The notes under the pieces: model-generated
Database searches by the model: none
What the model saw: the letters and a program-made list of their open reading frames with translations, nothing else
What the model was told of the DNA's origin: nothing
NCBI RefSeq assembly: GCF_965641715.1
Contig: NZ_OZ282453.1
Length of the DNA stretch: 64,000 nt
Direction: 5' to 3' (one strand)
Origin: Escherichia coli
GTDB taxonomy: Bacteria > Pseudomonadota > Gammaproteobacteria > Enterobacterales > Enterobacteriaceae
Shown here: positions 61,260 through 64,000 of the stretch, one piece after another
Layout of the letters: each line of letters begins with the position of its first letter
Numbering within the stretch: the first letter of the stretch is position 1
Translations under genes and position numbers: made by a program

Positions 61260-61515
61260 CTTTTAATTCCTTCATGACAGGTAATGTAAGGTACGCGATG
61301 ACAATACCACTTAATAATACCTTTTAAATACCTTTGCGGTGAAAACTTGACCGCGCTAACATTTTTTCTGATGAATCGAGCCAACAGAAAACGCTGAAAA
61401 AACATCCAAAAGATGGAAAAACTCGCCCGTAACGACCAGGATTATGATTGCCCGCAAAAGGCGGGCCAGGACAATCCATAGCCGATATCCAATCGGAATT
61501 TACGGGAGCATAGTA

Positions 61516-62568
61516 ATGACAGATATTGCGCAGTTGCTTGGCAAAGACGCCGACAACCTTTTACAGCACCGTTGTATGACTATTCCTTCTGACCAGCTTT
61601 ATCTCCCCGGACATGACTACGTAGACCGCGTGATGATTGACAATAATCGCCCGCCTGCGGTGTTACGTAATATGCAGACGTTGTACAACACCGGGCGTCT
61701 GGCTGGCACAGGATATCTTTCTATTCTGCCCGTTGACCAGGGCGTTGAGCACTCTGCCGGAGCTTCATTTGCTGCTAACCCGCTCTACTTTGACCCGAAA
61801 AACATTGTTGAACTGGCGATCGAAGCGGGCTGTAACTGTGTGGCATCAACTTACGGCGTGTTGGCGTCGGTATCGCGGCGCTATGCGCATCGCATTCCAT
61901 TTCTCGTAAAACTTAATCACAACGAGACGCTAAGTTACCCGAATACCTACGATCAAACGCTGTATGCCAGCGTGGAGCAGGCCTTCAACATGGGCGCGGT
62001 GGCGGTTGGTGCGACTATCTATTTTGGCTCGGAAGAATCACGTCGCCAGATTGAAGAAATTTCTGCGGCTTTTGAACGTGCGCACGAGCTGGGCATGGTG
62101 ACAGTGCTGTGGGCCTATTTGCGTAACTCCGCCTTTAAGAAAGATGGCGTTGATTACCATGTCTCCGCCGACCTGACTGGTCAGGCGAACCATCTGGCGG
62201 CAACCATAGGTGCAGATATCGTCAAACAAAAAATGGCGGAAAATAACGGCGGCTATAAAGCAATTAATTACGGTTATACCGACGATCGCGTGTACAGCAA
62301 GTTAACCAGCGAAAACCCGATTGATCTGGTGCGTTATCAGTTAGCTAACTGCTATATGGGCCGGGCCGGGTTGATAAACTCCGGCGGTGCTGCAGGCGGT
62401 GAAACTGACCTCAGCGATGCAGTGCGTACTGCAGTTATCAACAAACGCGCTGGCGGAATGGGGCTGATTCTTGGACGTAAGGCGTTCAAGAAATCGATGG
62501 CTGACGGCGTGAAACTGATTAACGCCGTGCAGGACGTTTATCTCGATAGCAAAATTACTATCGCCTGA
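61516..62568 (+). CDS. fbaB: class I fructose-bisphosphate aldolase
   Basis: start at [16 protein letters not shown] with GGGAG RBS; 350 aa. Confidence 0.93.
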
Positions 62569-62595
62569 TACGCCTTATACGAACAACACCACCCC

Positions 62596-62708
62596 GTAGG
62601 ACGGATAAGGCGTTTACGCTGCATCCGGCAACCTATGCCTGATGCGACGCTGAAGCGTCTTATCATGCCTACACAGCGCTGCCACGTATGTTTACACTGC
62701 ATCCGGCA
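62596..62708. repeat. BIME with three REP units
   Basis: GTAGGACGGATAAGGCGTTTACGCTGCATCCGGCA, GCCTGATGCGACGCTGAAGCGTCTTATCATGCCTACA and partial TGTTTACACTGCATCCGGCA. Confidence 0.75.
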
Positions 62709-62731
62709 TAAAATAACGCGCACTTTGCTAC

Positions 62732-62760
62732 GGCTTCCCTATCGGGAGGCCGTTTTTTTT
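62732..62760 (+). terminator. intrinsic terminator after the fbaB/BIME region
   Basis: GGCTTCCC-tatc-GGGAGGCC hairpin followed by T8. Confidence 0.7.
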
Positions 62761-62822
62761 GCCTTTCACTCCTCTAACAATTTTCATATTGTCGTTTTTG
62801 TGATCGTTATCTCGACATTTAA

Positions 62823-64000
<1,178 letters not shown>

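Overview
This window reads as an Escherichia coli-type enterobacterial chromosomal segment, gene-dense on both strands, with no CRISPR array, IS element, integrase, tRNA or rRNA that I can find. Gene identities come from reading the supplied translations, motifs and gene order against remembered E. coli K-12 proteins; no search was run. Left to right: an accessory 3-hydroxybenzoate/gentisate catabolic cluster (LysR regulator divergent from transporter, gentisate dioxygenase, fumarylpyruvate hydrolase, maleylpyruvate isomerase, 3-hydroxybenzoate 6-hydroxylase); dusC; the small protein yohP; an uninterrupted mdtQ; yohF, yohD, yohC, pbpG, dld, bglX; osmF-yehYXW; yohO; mlrA; btsSR; yehS; yehR. The most interesting stretch is 25.5-43.5 kb, all on the minus strand: a translationally coupled yehL-yehM-yehP-yehQ cassette (MoxR-type AAA+ ATPase, unknown 759-aa protein, VWA/MIDAS protein, double SWIM zinc-finger protein), a ZorO/OrzO-like type I toxin-antitoxin module between yehL and yehK, and three tandem giant paralogs (yehI, a 1010-aa paralog, a 1265-aa molR-like gene), two of which carry an N-terminal WGR domain. 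This block is my best candidate for an uncharacterised biological system. The remainder is metG, apbC, the yehEDCBA chaperone-usher fimbrial operon, rcnB/rcnA/rcnR with tandem RcnR operators, the thiMD TPP riboswitch and operon, yegX, yegW, yegTUV, fbaB, gatY and the start of gatZ. Start codons were adjusted from the longest-ORF track where an internal start matched the remembered N-terminus and a ribosome-binding site.
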